From assembly GCA_964572505.1 (NCBI GenBank), contig CAZNGI010000002.1, forward strand, positions 1 to 39,726: a DNA stretch of 39,726 nucleotides, given 5' to 3'. The notes beneath the pieces were generated by a model. That model had not been told where the DNA came from, ran no database searches, and saw only the letters and a program-made list of their open reading frames with translations. This document shows positions 26,661 to 38,170 of the stretch, one piece after another. The DNA is from an uncultured Methanotrichaceae archaeon. Lineage in GTDB: Archaea; Halobacteriota; Methanosarcinia; Methanotrichales; Methanotrichaceae. The translations under genes were made by a program, and so were the position numbers. How positions within the stretch are numbered: position 1 is the stretch's first letter; each line of letters opens with the position of its first letter.

Positions 26661-27021
26661 GGGGATCGTTCCTCTTTTTTGGTAGTGGCGACTTTCTGGC
26701 GTAAAAAGATATTCTTTATGTTGGGGATCTTCGCATCCCGGAAGGCGCACTCAACAGATGAGGTCCTCCGGAGGTGAGAAGCGTCCGCCTTCTCCGGGGC
26801 CGTCCACCTATTATCCATCAATTCATGATCGCCTTTATCTCCAAAAGGGGGCGGTCGGCGACGTGGGCCGGGGGAAGCGCCAGGAGGAGCTGCAACAAGG
26901 GCGGCGGGAGAAGGCAGCCCAGCATCATGCCGCGCTCCCCAGCTTGATGCCACCATCGCCCACTGGTGCCTGGGTGCGGACAGCCAGTAGCATCAAGTCA
27001 AGCGCATTTGGAGTTCAGGTT

Positions 27022-27790
<769 letters not shown>

Positions 27791-28251
27791 CTATAAACAT
27801 CGGCAAGCATTTGCGGTGAACAAACGCCATGTTATCGTCCAATAGCAAATCTGATCAATTGCCTTGGAAGATCAAAGTGGGAACTATTTAACGTATTGTT
27901 GTTCTTGAGGGTTCAAATAATTTGTCCCGTGCACCTGTTTTTATACCTTCCAGGACACCGGGCTGGCTCGGCCATGTTGCAGGGGGCTTTGATCAGGCAG
28001 AGCACGACTGGGTGCGTGAGCTGTTATGCTTTGCTGCTCGCCGTGGTCCGAGATCCCCTCGGACGGTATTGCTCTCGGCATCGACCAAGATCCGCCAGAT
28101 GTAAATGCGGTCCCGCCCGTCCGTGCCGAGGCGGTGGCGACGGTCGGCGTCTTCGAGGCCGAGGCTCCGGCGCTGGGGTGGAGGCTGACGGAATGGAGGT
28201 TCGTTGGTGAAGAAATCCTAATTAACCAGGCCGATATCCAAAGCTGACATC

Positions 28252-28560
28252 GTGACCCAAGAAAATCCCTCCCCCCGGCCCGAACCGCCCCTCGACCGTG
28301 CGCCCATCGCCACCATCGACGACGACGGGAACGCCTGCAGCCTTGAGGGCTCGGGCCTCGGCCTATTCGTGAACATCATGCGCATCAGCCAGCACTGGGG
28401 AAGGCCCGCCTTCTACGAGGGCCTCGACGAGAAGATGCAAGCAGAGGTGCGGCTCTGGGCCCGATCGTGTCCGGCCGAAGAGGACGATCCCGTGGCCCAC
28501 CAAGTGAGGGCGTTCTGCAAAAAAATGCTGGACGAGTTCGAAGAGGGCGGAGACCTCTAG
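28252..28560 (+). CDS. Hypothetical protein (102 aa)
   Basis: Host-like GC3-rich codons; T-tract after the stop; no recognisable motif. Confidence 0.5.
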   Translation: MTQENPSPRPEPPLDRAPIATIDDDGNACSLEGSGLGLFVNIMRISQHWGRPAFYEGLDEKMQAEVRLWARSCPAEEDDPVAHQVRAFCKKMLDEFEEGGDL

Positions 28561-28583
28561 CCTTTTTCTTCAGCCCTTCGCCT

Positions 28584-29723
28584 TCACCAGACCTTCCCCG
28601 CAAGGCAGTACCGAAAAAGGAGCTTCAAAAGCGGCGCGTACTTCGGCTTCATGATGCCGGGATGGAGCAGGCCCCTCCAGACGAGCAGGGGGCTTGCGGT
28701 GAACTTCAGGCCGGGAAAGACCATACCGTTCATGGCGGTCCCAAGCCGGCATAGCTCATCGTTGGATAGGCCCGCAAGGGTGTCTCTTGCCTTCAGATGG
28801 AGGTCGGAGGCAACGAACTCCTTTCTCACCCTGGATTCGTACTCGATTCTTTTTGTCTCGCCTCTGAGGAACCGATCGATCGTCTCGGCGGCGATCCGGG
28901 CAGACCTCGCTGCCGGGTAGAGGCCGCCGCCGGTGAAGGGGTTTGTGAGGCCGCCAGCGTCGCCGATCAGGACGGCCCGTCCCTTCTGGAGCCTGGAGGC
29001 GACGCCCAGGGGTATGGCGCCCCCGTTCTTCTCGATGACCTCGCCCTCGATCTTGTACTTCGATATGAAGCTCTCCAGCGTTGGGACGGTGCCGAAACAG
29101 CCGACGTTGGCCGTGCCCCTCTCGTTCTTGGGGAAGATCCAGCAGGAGTAGGAGTTTTTGGGGCGAAGGTCATGGTCTAGGTAGGCATAGATGGCGTCGT
29201 CCTCGGGCCAGGTCATCTCCACCTGGGCCCCAGGGACGAGCCGATTTCTTTCGCCCATCGACTTTCCGACCCTCGATGCCGGGCCGTCGGCCCCGACGAC
29301 GGTTTCGGCTTTGATCGTCTCTCCTCCTCTGAGGCGGACCTCGCCGGAGTCGGGGTCGACGCTTTCGACCTTCTGGCCGAGGGCGAGCTGTGCCCCCGAC
29401 CGCTCTGCAAGCCCCAGAAGATGCTGGTCGAATCTGGGCCGATCGAGCATGTAGATGTCTCCCCTCACCCTGTAGCTCGCGTGGTTCGGGAAGACCACCT
29501 GGAGGTAGCGGGCCCTTCCTGTGATGAAGTCGCCGATCGCAGTTGAGAACTCCGGAAAGCACGCGCCAAAGAGCCCCTCTGCGCACTGCTTGGGGATGCC
29601 CACCACCTCCTTTCTGTCGATGAGGATGACTTCGTGTCCCATCTCCGATAGAAAGCGGGCCGCCGTGCTCCCGGCAGGACCCGCGCCCACCACCGCCACC
29701 GAATACACGCCGTCCTCCTCCAC
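28584..29723 (-). CDS. Geranylgeranyl reductase-family FAD oxidoreductase
   Basis: VVGAGPAG, PKQCAEG, LDRPRFDQHL, VGADG, WIFPK, IGDAGG...NPFTGGG; likely start GTG 29708 (MYSVAVVG). Confidence 0.9.
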   Translation of the reverse strand: MEEDGVYSVAVVGAGPAGSTAARFLSEMGHEVILIDRKEVVGIPKQCAEGLFGACFPEFSTAIGDFITGRARYLQVVFPNHASYRVRGDIYMLDRPRFDQHLLGLAERSGAQLALGQKVESVDPDSGEVRLRGGETIKAETVVGADGPASRVGKSMGERNRLVPGAQVEMTWPEDDAIYAYLDHDLRPKNSYSCWIFPKNERGTANVGCFGTVPTLESFISKYKIEGEVIEKNGGAIPLGVASRLQKGRAVLIGDAGGLTNPFTGGGLYPAARSARIAAETIDRFLRGETKRIEYESRVRKEFVASDLHLKARDTLAGLSNDELCRLGTAMNGMVFPGLKFTASPLLVWRGLLHPGIMKPKYAPLLKLLFRYCLAGKVW

Positions 29724-29798
29724 CTCTCATGAGATCAAACTTTCGATTTGGCGGCGGGACCCGAAGAGTTTATGGTCTGAAAGTTCGTCCCAGGAACT

Positions 29799-31238
29799 AT
29801 GAGCATCGCCCGTCTCCTCAGATCTAAGCCCAAACCCAGAATCGCAGAGAGTCCTCCGGTGGACATTCTGGAGCTGAAGAAGGAGCCCTACTACATCGTC
29901 GCCTCTGTCGAGGTGGGCAACAGCACCACCAAATGCATCCTCACCGCCACCAACATGAAGAACGGCCAGACCCGTATCGTCAACAAGACGGTGAAGATGA
30001 CCCGCGACGTCAGGGGATCGAAACCCGGGGAGGAGGTCTTCGCCCGGACCCTCTGCGGCACCCCCCTCACCAGGGAGGCGGTCTCGGAACTGGTGCGTGA
30101 CACCCTCCTCGAAAGCCACGCGAAAGCGAGGCTCTCCATCAAAGACGACCTGAACTTCGTCGTCCGATCGACGGGCGTCGTCGCTGGCTTCTCCTCGCCA
30201 GACGAGGTTGGAACTTTCATCCAGGCGCTCGCCGACGGCTGCCTGATAGCCGGGGTCCCGCCGAGGCTCATGACACCGGCGATGTCGATCCACAACATCC
30301 CCGACAGGTTCAGGCCCTACAGCCTGATGGAGAAGATCGTCTTCAACGGGCCGGTCGCCTCGGTCTTCCCGCCGCAGGGCTCGACCGGCGTTGAGATAGT
30401 GGCCAACGAGATGGAGGGGGAGCTTGCCACCGCCGGGATAAAGGAGGGGAGCAAGTGGACCGACGTCGATTTTCGAAACCCCTGCCTCTCCCTCGACTTC
30501 GGAACGACCCTCGATGGCAGGATCACCTCTGGGGAGCTTCCCTACTCAAACACCATCGGAAACTTCTGCGGCCTTGCAGGAGCGATACCCGACGCCCTGA
30601 TTCAGGGGACGGGCCTCGTCGATCCCGAGACCGGAACCACCCTCGACCTCTTTGAGGGAAAGAAGGTCAAGATCGACAAGACTGCGAGAGACTACGCGAG
30701 GGTGATCGACGAGCACATCAGAGTCGAGAGGGTTCCCATCGGCAGGACCAGGTACGGAAGCGTCCCCGTAGACCCCGCGGCCGCCCAGAAGATCGGGGTC
30801 GTCCTCATAGGCTGTGACGTCGGCGAGAACGGAAGCCAGCTCAACAAGCTCGCCCAGATAGGAAGGGAGATCCACCAGGAGAAGGGGCTCAAGACCCTCT
30901 TTGGAGCCATCGACGTCGCCGCGGCCCACACTGCCAGGCGTCTCGTCGAGGCGGCGATCGAGGCGGGCCTCGTCACCGGAGAGACGGCCATAGGCATCAC
31001 CGGCAGGGCCGGGATCAGCGGAAGCAAGCCCGACCTGATCCTGGAGGAGATCGGAAAGCTCAACCTCTACGACCAGCCCGAGAAGAACATAGTCTTCGTC
31101 GACGACGGCCTCGCCAGGGGCGCGGCGGTGATGGCGAGATGCATGAACTCCATGGGAACTCCGAAACACCCCATGGGGGGCCTCAGAGGTGGAGGTTGCA
31201 TCCTCAAGAAGAGGATCGATTATGAGTCGAGAACCTGA
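29799..31238 (+). CDS. Methanogenesis marker protein 14
   Basis: YIVASVEVGNSTTKCILTATN, FVVRSTGV, VANEMEGEL, DFGTTLDG and VDDGLARGAAVMARCMNS motifs. Confidence 0.88.
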   Translation: MSIARLLRSKPKPRIAESPPVDILELKKEPYYIVASVEVGNSTTKCILTATNMKNGQTRIVNKTVKMTRDVRGSKPGEEVFARTLCGTPLTREAVSELVRDTLLESHAKARLSIKDDLNFVVRSTGVVAGFSSPDEVGTFIQALADGCLIAGVPPRLMTPAMSIHNIPDRFRPYSLMEKIVFNGPVASVFPPQGSTGVEIVANEMEGELATAGIKEGSKWTDVDFRNPCLSLDFGTTLDGRITSGELPYSNTIGNFCGLAGAIPDALIQGTGLVDPETGTTLDLFEGKKVKIDKTARDYARVIDEHIRVERVPIGRTRYGSVPVDPAAAQKIGVVLIGCDVGENGSQLNKLAQIGREIHQEKGLKTLFGAIDVAAAHTARRLVEAAIEAGLVTGETAIGITGRAGISGSKPDLILEEIGKLNLYDQPEKNIVFVDDGLARGAAVMARCMNSMGTPKHPMGGLRGGGCILKKRIDYESRT

Positions 31239-31321
31239 CCAGGCGCCGGGATGCAAAACTTGCGAGATATAGAAGCGAACGTCGGGATGATAGAACCACG
31301 GAATGCGGGGAGGATCGGCCC

Positions 31322-31765
31322 TTGAGTAGGCTTGATGAAAGAGAGGCACTGGATGCTTCCTCATCAAAAGAAGGCGAGGAGAACAGGTTGACCAGGCTCT
31401 ACCCAAAACCCCTGGAGGGGGAGAAGATACCGATATCTTTCCTCGGCGCGGAAAAAAGAAGGATCGGCTGGTCGCCCGAGGATGGAAAGAGCGTCCAGAT
31501 CAATGATGAGACCGACGTTGATTCTCTGAAACGGGTCCGGGAGATAAACGTGGTCCAGATCTTCAACTGGCTCACCGGAAGGGAGGTACTGATCGAGCTG
31601 CCCGACCGCGAGATGGAAGAGCTCCTGACCCTTCTAGAAGCAAAGAACGGAGAGCAGCTCGTCTATTCGAGGGAGAAGGTGAAGGGAAAGCTGAAGCCCA
31701 GATTCGACCTCGACGAGCAGGAAGAGCCGCGCCAATGGCTCCTCTCGGAACGGCTCAAAGATTGA
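31322..31765 (+). CDS. Hypothetical protein
   Basis: 147-aa ORF with host-like codon usage filling the gap; start uncertain. Confidence 0.6.
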   Translation: MSRLDEREALDASSSKEGEENRLTRLYPKPLEGEKIPISFLGAEKRRIGWSPEDGKSVQINDETDVDSLKRVREINVVQIFNWLTGREVLIELPDREMEELLTLLEAKNGEQLVYSREKVKGKLKPRFDLDEQEEPRQWLLSERLKD

Positions 31766-31865
31766 ACGGTGCCGCAGTCCAGAAAAGGTTTATCTTCTAT
31801 AAGCTGAGATGGGCAGCGGTCCGGAATGTGACCCTGAGTGGTCGAACTGGACCGAGGTGAAGCGA

Positions 31866-32453
31866 TTGAAGTCTTTTTATGCATACATCCGCGACGCGTG
31901 GAAGACCCCCGACGAGAGCTACGTCGGCGAGCTGAGACAGGAGAGGCTCGTTGAGTGGCGGCGGGAGAATACCGTCCAGAAGATCGAGCGTCCGACGAGG
32001 CTCGACAGGGCTCGCGCCTTAGGCTACAAGGCCAAGCAGGGCATAACCGTGGTCAGGGTGAAGGTCAGGCGCGGCGGCCGCAGAAAGTCCAGGTACATCC
32101 GTGGAAGGCGTACCAAGCACATGGGAATGCACAAGATCACCCCAGGAAAGAGCCTCCAGAGGATCGCCGAGGAGCGCGCTGGCCGAAAGCACCCCAACAT
32201 GGAGGTTTTAAACTCCTACTGGGTCGGACAGGACGGAAAGCAGAAGTGGTACGAGGTCATCCTCGTGGACCCGAACCATCCGGCCATAGCCTCCGACTCT
32301 GACCTCGCCTGGATCAGGGGCGGCAGCCACGTCGGCAGGGCGAACCGGGGCAAGACCAGCGCCGGAAAGCGCGGCAGAGGCCTTAGAAATAAGGGGATCG
32401 GAGCGGAGAAGGTCCGTCCCAGCATAAGGGCCAACGAGAACAGAGGAAAGTGA
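31866..32453 (+). CDS. rpl15e: 50S ribosomal protein L15e
   Basis: [29 protein letters not shown]; TTG start after GAGGTGA. Confidence 0.97.
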   Translation: MKSFYAYIRDAWKTPDESYVGELRQERLVEWRRENTVQKIERPTRLDRARALGYKAKQGITVVRVKVRRGGRRKSRYIRGRRTKHMGMHKITPGKSLQRIAEERAGRKHPNMEVLNSYWVGQDGKQKWYEVILVDPNHPAIASDSDLAWIRGGSHVGRANRGKTSAGKRGRGLRNKGIGAEKVRPSIRANENRGK

Positions 32454-32454
32454 T

Positions 32455-32871
32455 TTGATTCACAGGGTGACCTTTCGAGCCTTCGTCGCCTCCACCGAGG
32501 GCGAGGAGAAGGTGAGAGAGGCTCTATCCCTCTTCGTCCCGCTGGAGTCGATATCCGAAACCCGCGTCGTCGGTCATCACGGAAACGAGATCCTGATCTT
32601 AAGCTCCACCCTCAAGAAGAAAGAGGGGCTCAAATTCTTTGACCATCTCAGGGAGACCCTCCCGGAGGGCGATATGGCGCGGCTTCGCAGTGAGGCGGAC
32701 CAGAGGGTGGACGACGAGTGCAACCTCCACTTCCGCCTGGACAAGCAGGCCGCCTACAAGGGCGAGTTTCATCTGACAGATTCCGGTGACGCGATCTCAG
32801 TCTCCGCTCATCTGGAATCTTATCCCGCCAGGCGGGAGAAGGCGGTGAAGGTCGCCGGAGACCTTTTATGA
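32455..32871 (+). CDS. Exosome-operon RNA-binding protein (COG1325/DUF54)
   Basis: GHHGNEI, RLDKQAAY, ESYPA motifs; conserved position after rpl15e. Confidence 0.88.
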   Translation: MIHRVTFRAFVASTEGEEKVREALSLFVPLESISETRVVGHHGNEILILSSTLKKKEGLKFFDHLRETLPEGDMARLRSEADQRVDDECNLHFRLDKQAAYKGEFHLTDSGDAISVSAHLESYPARREKAVKVAGDLL

Positions 32872-33551
32872 ACTTTTACGAGTGCAACCTCCACACCCTC
32901 CCGGACGGCTCGGACTCCCCCAGCAGGATGGCCCTCGCCGCAAAACGGCTCGGCTACTCAGGGATCATAATCTGCAACCACACGACAACCGGCCGGGCCT
33001 TCGGCTTTGATGCTGCAAAGCTTGTGGGCGGGATCGAGGTCGTCTTCGGCGCCGAGATCGTGGCGACCGACCAGAGGGCCCTTCACACCAAGGCCGCCTC
33101 CCTCCGGGATAGGTCTGACTTCCTCGCGGTTCACGGAGGCGATGAGAAGATCAACCGGGCGGCCTGCGAGGATCCTAATGTAGACCTGCTCGCTCACGCC
33201 CACGAGGGAAGGGCTGGCATCGGGGTGGCGGCGGCCAAGGCCGCAAGGGACAACCAGGTGGCGATAGGTCTGGACCTCGGCCCCATGATAAGGCTCCGGG
33301 GCGCAGCCAGAGTCAGGTGGATGGAGCTGGTGAGAAGGGACCTCGACCTGATCAGGAAGTTCGATTTGAACCTCATGATTTCCACCGGTGCCAAGTCTCA
33401 CCTGGACCTGCGGTCCCCCCGGGATCTAGTGGCCCTGGCGTGTCTTTTTGGCCTGGAAAGGGAGCGGGCCGTTGAGGCCCTCGCCCTCCCCGAATCGATC
33501 CTCGCCCTCAACCGGAGAAGATGGGCGTCTGTGGGGGTGGAGCTCCTTTGA
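32868..33551 (+). CDS. rnp3: RNase P protein component 3 (Rpp30)
   Basis: PHP-like start, VHGGDEKINRAACE, AKSHLDLRSPRD. Confidence 0.92.
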   Translation: MNFYECNLHTLPDGSDSPSRMALAAKRLGYSGIIICNHTTTGRAFGFDAAKLVGGIEVVFGAEIVATDQRALHTKAASLRDRSDFLAVHGGDEKINRAACEDPNVDLLAHAHEGRAGIGVAAAKAARDNQVAIGLDLGPMIRLRGAARVRWMELVRRDLDLIRKFDLNLMISTGAKSHLDLRSPRDLVALACLFGLERERAVEALALPESILALNRRRWASVGVELL

Positions 33552-34084
33552 GAAGCTGGCTTCCGGTCCTCCGGGATCGGAGAAGGTACATCGCCTTCGA
33601 GCTGGAGGTCGAGGACCGGGTCAAACGGGGAGATCTGATCGGAGAGATCCGGGCAGCTCAGACATCACTTTTCGGCGACCTCGGCGCAGCCGAGAACCGG
33701 CTGAGGATTATCTCCTTCGACGGGAGGTTCGGCCTTCTCCGCTGCACCCATACGAGGACTGAAGAGTGCAGGGCGCTTCTTGCCACCGTGAACTCGGTGG
33801 GGGGAACAAGATCTGCGATTAGGGTCAGAGGGATTTCAGGTTCCATCAAAGCTGCGACAGAAAAGTATATACCGCAATCGATCTTACAGCCCGACGAAAA
33901 TAAGAGAAGAGTCGATTTAGGTCCAGTTTCTGGATCTGTGGCGCGCGTTATTGGTCGGGAGATCGACCTCTGTCCAGACGACCGGAAGATGACTGAAGGA
34001 TCAGGCACACGATACGTGGGACTGACCTCTTTTGATTTATGCGGAGAGGATATTGATGCAGATGGCACCTCAGATGGGTTATGA
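33548..34084 (+). CDS. rnp2: RNase P protein component 2 (Pop5/Rpp14) with C-terminal extension
   Basis: LPVLRDRRRYIAFE, LFGDLG, GISGSIKAA; TTG start overlapping the rnp3 stop. Confidence 0.9.
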   Translation: MRSWLPVLRDRRRYIAFELEVEDRVKRGDLIGEIRAAQTSLFGDLGAAENRLRIISFDGRFGLLRCTHTRTEECRALLATVNSVGGTRSAIRVRGISGSIKAATEKYIPQSILQPDENKRRVDLGPVSGSVARVIGREIDLCPDDRKMTEGSGTRYVGLTSFDLCGEDIDADGTSDGL

Positions 34085-34808
34085 TAGGGCTATAACGGTA
34101 TTCAGCCCCGACGGGCGGCTGTTTCAGGTGGAATACGCCCGCGAGGCCGTTAGGAGAGGCACCACCGCCGTGGGCATAAAGGCGGTCGACGGTGTGGCGG
34201 TCCTGGTGGACAAGAGGATAACCAGCAGGCTGATGGAACCCGAGTCCATAGAGAAGATATTCCAGATCGACCAGCACATAGGCGCCGCCACCTCGGGCCT
34301 CGTCGCCGATGCGAGAGTTTTGATCGACAGGGCCAGGGTGGAATCTCAGATAAACCGGCTCGTCTACGACGAGAGCATAGGGGTCGAGGTCCTGGCCAAG
34401 AGGATCTGCGACTTCAAGCAGACCTACACCCAGTACGGAGGTGTCAGGCCCTTCGGAACGTCGCTGCTCATTGTTGGTGCCGACGACACTCGGGTCAGGC
34501 TCTTTGAGACAGATCCAAGCGGCGCCCTTCTCGAGTACAAGGCCACAGGGATAGGTGCGGGCCGGGCCGCCGTGATGGAGATCTTCGAGGAGAAGTACCG
34601 GGAGGACATGAACTGCGATCAGGCGATACTCCTGGGCCTTGAGGCCCTCTACAAGGCCGCCGAGGGAAAGTTTGAGGCCTCCACCACCGAGATAGGGGTG
34701 ATCAAGCTCGACGAGAAGCTATTCAAGAAGCTTGAAGAGGAGGACGTAGCGGCTCGGGTGGAGGAGATGAAGTCTCAGATCGGCGGTGAAGGTGAAGGAG
34801 AGGCTTGA
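34056..34808 (+). CDS. psmA: Proteasome alpha subunit
   Basis: YDRAITVFSPDGRLFQVEYAREAV signature. Confidence 0.98.
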   Translation: MQMAPQMGYDRAITVFSPDGRLFQVEYAREAVRRGTTAVGIKAVDGVAVLVDKRITSRLMEPESIEKIFQIDQHIGAATSGLVADARVLIDRARVESQINRLVYDESIGVEVLAKRICDFKQTYTQYGGVRPFGTSLLIVGADDTRVRLFETDPSGALLEYKATGIGAGRAAVMEIFEEKYREDMNCDQAILLGLEALYKAAEGKFEASTTEIGVIKLDEKLFKKLEEEDVAARVEEMKSQIGGEGEGEA

Positions 34809-34810
34809 GG

Positions 34811-35509
34811 ATGGTCACCCTGGAGGAGGCGGTGACGGCCAGGCTCAAGACCCACGGCGTGGTCTTCGAGGTTCTGGTGGACCCTGAGGGCGCTCTGTCC
34901 TTTCGTCAGGGTGACGAGGTGGACGTAGAGAAGATCCTGGCCGCAGATGACGTCTTCGAGAACGCCAGCCGTGGCGACAGAAGCTCCGAGGAGGATCTGA
35001 CTAAGGTCTTCGAGACGACCGACGTTGTGACGATAGCTGCGAAGATCATCAAAAAGGGCGAGATCCAGCTCACGGCAGAGCAGAGAAAGAGGATCATAGA
35101 GAACAAGAGAAGGCAGGTCGTCAGCTTCATCGCGATGAACGCCATCAACCCCCAGACCGGGACCCCCCACCCCCCTATCAGGATCGAGCGCGCCATGGAA
35201 GAGGCCCGCGTCAACATCGATCCCACAAAGTCCGTCGAAGAGATGGTCAACGTCACCATGAAGGCCATAAGGCCGATAATACCGATAAGGTTCGAAGAGG
35301 TGGACGTGGCCGTGAAGATACCGCCGGCGTATGCCCCCAAGGCCTACGGCGAGATCGCCACTTTCGCAAAGTTACAAAAAGAGCAGTGGCAGAACGACGG
35401 GTCGTGGGTCGGTGTGATTCGGCTTCCGGCCGGGCTTCAGGACGAATTTTACAGCCTGGTCAACCGACTCTCCAAAGGCGATGCCGAGACGAAGCTATTG
35501 AAACGATGA
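34811..35509 (+). CDS. Ribosome maturation factor SBDS/Sdo1
   Basis: ARL...FEVLVDP, GEIQLTAEQRK, INPQTGTPHPP-x-RIERAM. Confidence 0.96.
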   Translation: MVTLEEAVTARLKTHGVVFEVLVDPEGALSFRQGDEVDVEKILAADDVFENASRGDRSSEEDLTKVFETTDVVTIAAKIIKKGEIQLTAEQRKRIIENKRRQVVSFIAMNAINPQTGTPHPPIRIERAMEEARVNIDPTKSVEEMVNVTMKAIRPIIPIRFEEVDVAVKIPPAYAPKAYGEIATFAKLQKEQWQNDGSWVGVIRLPAGLQDEFYSLVNRLSKGDAETKLLKR

Positions 35510-35531
35510 CGATTTGATCGAGGATTTTGGA

Positions 35532-36209
35532 ATGGATCGTATGGACCGTAACGTGGTTGTGCCAGGTGACCTCCTCTCGGATGACCCTAAAAAGGCGGGA
35601 GAAGGCACTTACGTAAAGGACGGGAAAGTCTGCTCGCTCCTCTACGGAATGGCCAGCAGCTACAAGGATAAGGTGCGAGTGATACCCCTGGCCGGAAAGT
35701 ATGTGCCCTCCCCGGGAGATGCGGTGATAGGCACCGTGCAAGACATCGTCTTTTCAAACTGGATTGTCAACATAAACTCGCCTTACGAGGGCCTCCTCCA
35801 CATATCCGAGCTGCCGAGAAAGATAGAGATGAACGAGATGTCCAAGTATCTGCGGATAGGTAGCTCCGTGATGATCCGTGTCAAGGACGTCGACTCCACC
35901 ATGAAGGTCGAGCTCACCTTGAACGATAGGAGGCTTGGCATCCTGACGAGAGGAAGGGTGGCGGAGATAAGCCCTACCAGGGTTCCAAGGCTGATCGGGA
36001 AGGGCGGCTCCATGATAAACATGCTGAAAAAGGAGCTGAACTGCAACATATTCGTGGGGCAGAACGGCAGGATCTGGGTCGACGGAAACGACGACGACAT
36101 GGATCTGGCCCTGAAGACGATATTAATCATAGAGAAAGAGGCTCACACCACGGGGCTCACCGACAGGATACTGGAATTCTTGAGGGCGGAGAAAGAGGCC
36201 AGAAGTTGA
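35532..36209 (+). CDS. rrp4: Exosome subunit Rrp4
   Basis: [20 protein letters not shown] motif [17 protein letters not shown]; start uncertain (35514/35532/35541). Confidence 0.95.
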   Translation: MDRMDRNVVVPGDLLSDDPKKAGEGTYVKDGKVCSLLYGMASSYKDKVRVIPLAGKYVPSPGDAVIGTVQDIVFSNWIVNINSPYEGLLHISELPRKIEMNEMSKYLRIGSSVMIRVKDVDSTMKVELTLNDRRLGILTRGRVAEISPTRVPRLIGKGGSMINMLKKELNCNIFVGQNGRIWVDGNDDDMDLALKTILIIEKEAHTTGLTDRILEFLRAEKEARS

Positions 36210-36214
36210 TCGGC

Positions 36215-36970
36215 ATGGATGATAAGTTATCATTTTTCAAAAATGGAGTTAGGCTCGACGGGAGGCGGCCCGATGAGCTTCGGCCCATCAAGATAGAGGT
36301 GGGCGTGCTCGAGAGAGCCGACGGTTCGTGCTACATGGAGATGGGCGGCAACAAGGTGATAGCGGCCGTCTACGGGCCCAGGGAGGTACACCCACGCCAC
36401 CTCCAGGAGGCCACCCGGGCGATAGTTCGGTACCGGTACAACATGGCCTCCTTCTCGGTGGAGGAGAGAAAACGACCAGGTCCCGACCGGCGGAGCAACG
36501 AGGTTTCCAAGGTCAGCAGAGAGGCGCTGGAGCCCGTCATACTGACGTCTTACTTCCCAAAGTCGGTGGTGGACATCTTCGTCGAGGTGCTTCAGGCGGA
36601 CGCCGGCACCAGGACAGTTGGGATTAACGCCGCCTCGGTGGCTCTTGCAGACGCAGGAATCCCGATGAAAAGCCTGATATCCTCCTGCGCCGCCGGCAAG
36701 GTCGATGGCGAGGTCGTCCTCGACCCCATGAAGCTCGAGGACAACTTCGGGGAGGCGGACGTTCCGATAGCCATGACCCCGAACGGGGATATCACCCTCC
36801 TCCAGATGGACGGGCGGCTGACCACAGAGGAGTTCCGAAAAGCCCTAGAGACGGCGAAGGTCGGGTGCGAGCAGATATACGAGATCCAGAGGAAGGCTTT
36901 GGTCGATCGGTACAGCCACATGGAAGAGCCGGAGAGTTGCAACGAGGCCGTGGCGGAGGGAGAAATATGA
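36215..36970 (+). CDS. rrp41: Exosome subunit Rrp41
   Basis: [30 protein letters not shown]. Confidence 0.97.
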   Translation: MDDKLSFFKNGVRLDGRRPDELRPIKIEVGVLERADGSCYMEMGGNKVIAAVYGPREVHPRHLQEATRAIVRYRYNMASFSVEERKRPGPDRRSNEVSKVSREALEPVILTSYFPKSVVDIFVEVLQADAGTRTVGINAASVALADAGIPMKSLISSCAAGKVDGEVVLDPMKLEDNFGEADVPIAMTPNGDITLLQMDGRLTTEEFRKALETAKVGCEQIYEIQRKALVDRYSHMEEPESCNEAVAEGEI

Positions 36971-37746
36971 GTGACGAGGTCATGTCGGAGATCCGGAAGG
37001 ACTACCTCTACCACCTGGTTCTGAAGGGAGAAAGGGCTGACGGCAGGGCTTTCGACGAGTATCGAGAGATCGTTCTCGAGACGGGACCGATAAGAAAGGC
37101 AGACGGGAGCGCCCTTGTAAAGCTTGGAAAGACCCAGGTGATGGTGGGCGTAAAGATCCAGCCGGGAGCACCCTTTTCGGATACTCCCAACAAGGGTGTC
37201 ATAATTACCAACGCTGAGCTTGTGCCCCTAGCCTCGCCCAACTTCGAGCCGGGACCACCCAACGCGATGGGGATCGAGCTTGCCAGGGTCGTCGACAGAG
37301 GCGTCAGAGAGTCAGGCGCCATCGACCTTGAATCCCTCTGCATCACGCCTGGGGAGAATGTCTGGATAGTATTCATAGACGTTCACGTCCTCGACGACTG
37401 CGGAAATCTCATGGACGCCTCGAGCCTTGGGGCGATCGCGGCTTTGATGACAGCAAAGGTTCCGGCCGAGCAGTACGGCCTAGGCGAGGACTATCCTCTG
37501 CCAGTGAAGGACTTGCCAGTGGCCACGACGGCCGTCGAGTTCGGTGATGCCATCATGTTCGATCCCGACACCGACGAGGAGTCGGTGGCGGACACGAAGC
37601 TCACGGTTATAACGACCGCCGATGGGTCGGTGTGCGGAATGCAGAAGAGCGGCACCGGATTTACAAGCCAGGATCACATCTACCGCATCGTTGATATAGC
37701 ATGTGAGAGGGCTAAGGAGATCCGGGAGAAGTTTCTGGAAGTATAA
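36967..37746 (+). CDS. rrp42: Exosome subunit Rrp42
   Basis: [30 protein letters not shown]; ATG 36967 overlaps the rrp41 stop. Confidence 0.97.
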   Translation: MSDEVMSEIRKDYLYHLVLKGERADGRAFDEYREIVLETGPIRKADGSALVKLGKTQVMVGVKIQPGAPFSDTPNKGVIITNAELVPLASPNFEPGPPNAMGIELARVVDRGVRESGAIDLESLCITPGENVWIVFIDVHVLDDCGNLMDASSLGAIAALMTAKVPAEQYGLGEDYPLPVKDLPVATTAVEFGDAIMFDPDTDEESVADTKLTVITTADGSVCGMQKSGTGFTSQDHIYRIVDIACERAKEIREKFLEV

Positions 37747-37749
37747 ATC

Positions 37750-38031
37750 ATGGTCAAGAAGTTCAAGAAGGGCAGGAAGACCAGGTCCGCTGGAAGGTTT
37801 GGGCCGAGGTACGGGAGAAAGATCCGAAAGCTGGTCGCAGATATCGAGGAGAGGAGCAAGAAGAGATACGACTGTCCTGTCTGCGGGCGGATGCAGGTGA
37901 AGAGGGAGGGAACCGGCATCTGGAGGTGCACCAAGTGCGGTCACACCTTCGCCGGAGGAACCTACATACCCGTAACTAGCGTCGGACAGTCCGTGGCCAG
38001 GTCCGTCAAGAGGGCTGTGGAGGCTGAGTAA
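37750..38031 (+). CDS. rpl37ae: 50S ribosomal protein L37Ae
   Basis: [12 protein letters not shown]...GIWRCTKC...AGG. Confidence 0.97.
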   Translation: MVKKFKKGRKTRSAGRFGPRYGRKIRKLVADIEERSKKRYDCPVCGRMQVKREGTGIWRCTKCGHTFAGGTYIPVTSVGQSVARSVKRAVEAE

Positions 38032-38032
38032 A

Positions 38033-38170
38033 GTGGCCTACAGGTGCACCAGATGCAAGAAGACCGTGGAGGTTGACTACGAGTACAGCGGCATCAGGTG
38101 TCCCTACTGCGGCCATCGGATCCTCATGAAGGAGAGGCCCACCACCGTCAAGAGGATGAAAGCGGTCTGA
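38033..38170 (+). CDS. rpoP: RNA polymerase subunit P (Rpo12)
   Basis: Manual translation (absent from ORF track): [45 protein letters not shown]. Confidence 0.95.
   Translation: MAYRCTRCKKTVEVDYEYSGIRCPYCGHRILMKERPTTVKRMKAV

Noticed and set aside
27896-28247. Overlapping short ORFs of 60-104 aa
   Set aside because: No consistent frame, RBS or motif; treated as degraded sequence.
38098-38170. ORF-track N-terminal extensions of Brix, pcc1, pfdB, rrp42, psmA and rpl15e
   Set aside because: They overlap upstream genes or precede the RBS; shorter starts match the family N-termini.
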